DNA from: Tubiluchus corallicola
Taxonomy: Eukaryota > Animalia > Priapulida
DNA length: 64,000 nt
Assembly (NCBI GenBank): GCA_030141605.1
Contig: JAQGDQ010000633.1
Span: 58,285-122,284, forward strand
Reading direction: 5' to 3'
Shown: one piece after another, positions 61,242 through 64,000 of the stretch
Layout: each line of letters opens with the position of its first letter
Numbering within the stretch: the first letter of the stretch is position 1
Program-made: the position numbers and the translations under genes
The notes under the pieces: model-generated
Seen by the model: only the letters and a program-made list of their open reading frames with translations
Databases searched by the model: none
What the model was told of the DNA's origin: nothing

Positions 61242-62303
61242 GTTGTGTATAGCTCACTGTGACTGTGTAGCTGGTTTCTCAGTGGGTGGGGTGGGGTGGG
61301 GTGGGGATGGGGGTTGTAAGCATCAACCTGCCCTGTGTTGCTGAGTTTGTTATTATCTTTCTTTTGCCAGTCAACAGAATCCTCATCCGTGAGAGCTCCT
61401 TGCCTCTTCATTCAGGGATTGTTATGTATAGCTCACTGTGACTGCATAGCTGGTCTCTCAGTGGGTGGGGTGGGGGTGGGGGTTATAAGCATCAACCTGC
61501 CCTGTGTTGCTGAGTTTGTTACTATCTTTCTTTTGCCAGTCAACAGAATCCTCATCTGTGAGAGCTCCTTGCCTCTTCATTCAGGGATTGTTATGTATAG
61601 CTCACGGTGACTGCATAGCTGGTTTCTCAGTGGGTGGGGTGGGGGTGGGGGTTATAACCATCAACCTGCCCTGTGTTGCTGAGTTTGTTACTATCTTTCT
61701 TTTGCCAGTCAACAGAATCCTCATCTGTGAGAGCTCCTTGCCTCTTCATTCAGGGATTGTTATGTATAGCTCACGGTGACTGCATAGCTGGTTTCTCAGT
61801 GGGTGGGGTGGGGGTGGGGGTTATAACCATCAACCTGCCCTGTGTTGCTGAGTTTGTTACTATCTTTCTTTTGCCAGTCAACAGAATCCTCATCTGTGAG
61901 AGCTCCTTGCCTCTTCATTCAGGGATTGTTATGTATAGCTCACGGTGACTGCATAGCTGGTTTCTCAGTGGGTGGGGTGGGGGTGGGGGTTATAACCATC
62001 AACCTGCCCTGTGTTGCTGAGTTTGTTACTATCTTTCTTTTGCCAGTCAACAGAATCCTCATCTGTGAGAGCTCCTTGCCTCTTCATTCAGGTATTGTTA
62101 TGTATAGCTCACGGTGACTGCATAGCTGGTTTCTCAGTGGGTGGGGTGGGGTGGGGGTGGTGGTTATAAGCATCAACCTGCCCTGTGTTGCTGAGTTTGT
62201 TACTATCTTTCTTTTGCCAGTCAACAGAATCCTCATCCGTGAGAGCTCCTTGCTTCTTCATTCAGGGATTGTTATGTATAGCTCACGGTGATTGCATAGC
62301 TGG
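61242..62303 (+). repeat. 169-bp tandem repeat, ~6 copies, made of intron end, acceptor and the 5' part of exon 14
   Basis: TCTTTCTTTTGCCAG ends at 61370, 61539, 61708, 61877, 62046, 62220. Confidence 0.97.
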
Positions 62304-62357
62304 ATTGGAGATACTGCAGGACCTGTATGCTGTCTCACATGCATTATTTCCTACTGA
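62221..62357 (+). CDS. DENND3: DENND3-like exon 14 (gene continues beyond the window)
   Basis: STESSSVRAPCFFIQGLLCIAHGDCIAGLEILQDLYAVSHALFPT (compare [37 protein letters not shown]); donor GA|GTGAGT. Confidence 0.88.
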
Positions 62358-62464
62358 GTGAGTAACTCTGTGATTTTTTTACTCAAGTGTTTTTGTGATG
62401 TAAACTATTTTTAGAAGTTAGATACGATAATGATTGTTGAATGTTCATTGGTAGTTCCGTAGTA

Positions 62465-62722
62465 CAGTAAGTCCTCGCCTAACGTTACCCCGTTTAGCGA
62501 CGTTTGTTTTTAACGATGCTGAAAATTTAACACCTTTTTTTCACTTAACGACGCGCTTTTCACTTTAACGATGAACGTTTCACTTAACGACGCATGTTTC
62601 ACTTTAACGGCACACGTTTCACTTGACAACGCATGTTTCACTTTAACGCCACATGTTTCACTTAGCGACGCATGTTTCACTTAGTGGCGCATGTTTCACT
62701 TTAACGACGCACATTTCACTTT
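62465..62722 (+). mobile_element. Tigger/pogo-like left end with 19-20-bp subterminal repeats
   Basis: TA|CAGTAAGTCCTCGCCTAACG; TTTCACTTAACGACGCATG repeats. Confidence 0.65.
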
Positions 62723-62739
62723 ACAGATATTTCATATTA

Positions 62740-64000
62740 TTTTACACAACTGTTGCATCATTTTACAGAGACTTCACGTTGTTTTACAAGACTGTTGCAT
62801 CATTTTACAGAGACTTCACGTTGTTTTACAAGACTGTTGCATTGTTTTACAGAGACTTCACGTTGTTTTACAAGACTGTTGCATCATTTTACAGAGACTT
62901 CACATTGTTTTACAAGACTGTTGCATCGTTTTACAGAGACTTCACGTTGTTTTACAAGACTGTTGCATTGTTTTACAGACTTCACGTTTGTTTTACAAGA
63001 CTGTTGCATCGTTTTACAGAGACTTCACGTTGTTTTACAAGACTGTTGCATTGTTTTACAGAGACTTCACGTTGTTTTACAAAGTTGCTGCATTATTTTA
63101 CAAATATTTCACATTGTTACACAAGACTGTTGCATGTTTTACAGAGACTTCACATTGTTTTACAAGACTGTTGCATTGTTTTACAGACTTCACGTTTGTT
63201 TTACAAGACTGTTGCATCGTTTTACAGAGACTTCACGTTGTTTTACAAGACGTTGCATTGTTTTACAGAGACTTCACGTTGTTTTACAAGACTGTTGCAT
63301 TGTTTTACAGAGACTTCACATTGTTTTACAAGACTGTTGCATCATTTTACAGAGACTTCACGTTGTTTTACAAGACTGTTGCATCATTTTACAGAGACTT
63401 CACGTTGTTTTACAAGACTGTTGCATCATTTTACAGAGACTTCACGTTGTTTTACAAGACTGTTGCATCGTTTTACAGAGACTTCACGTTGTTTTACAAG
63501 ACTGTTGCATTGTTTTACAGAGACTTCACGTTGTTTTACAAGACTGTTGCATCATTTTACAGAGACTTCACGTTGTTTTACAAGACTGTTGCATTGTTTT
63601 ACAGAGACTTCACATTGTTTTACAAGACTGTTGCATCATTTTACAGAGACTTCACGTTGTTTTACAAGACTGTTGCATTGTTTTACAGAGACTTCACGTT
63701 GTTTTACAAGACTGTTGCATTGTTTTACAGAGACTTCACGTTGTTTTACAAGACTGTTGCATCATTTTACAGAGACTTCACGTTGTTTTACAAGACTGTT
63801 GCATTGTTTTACAGAGACTTCACGTTTGTTTTACAAGACTGTTGCATCGTTTTACAGAGACTTCACGTTGTTTTACAAGACTGTTGCATTGTTTTACAGA
63901 GACTTCACGTTGTTTTACAAAGTTGCTGCATTATTTTACAAATATTTCACATTGTTACACAAAACTGTTGCATTGTTTTACAGACTTCACGTTGTTTTAC
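62740..64000. repeat. 42-bp (2x21) minisatellite running off the window
   Basis: unit TTTTACAGAGACTTCACGTTGTTTTACAAGACTGTTGCATCA. Confidence 0.97.

Overview
AT-rich, intron-rich animal (invertebrate-like) genomic DNA; the species cannot be determined from sequence alone. I reconstructed three spliced genes by hand from GT-AG boundaries and reading-frame phase. (1) A PMEPA1/LDLRAD4 (TMEPAI-family)-like gene on + (exons 22234-22385 and 24176-24667; 5' exons unresolved). (2) A complete 113-aa DAD1 on - (35117-34907 and 33603-33473, plus a 3'-UTR intron). (3) The first 14 coding exons of a DENND3-like Rab GEF on + (35884-62357, continuing past the window), head-to-head with DAD1. The rest is non-autonomous DNA transposons (hAT-, piggyBac-, Tc1/pogo-, Harbinger- and Helitron-like), RTE-type LINE fragments, a TSD-flanked 5S-rRNA-headed SINE, and about 20 minisatellite arrays. 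The most striking pattern is that many arrays are seeded at functional boundaries. Their units copy splice donors or acceptors of live exons (17 donors at DENND3 exon 12, 6 acceptors at exon 14, one copy of which has gained a donor that makes a possible new in-frame 45-nt exon) or straddle transposon termini. Family assignments come from recalled motifs, not database searches.
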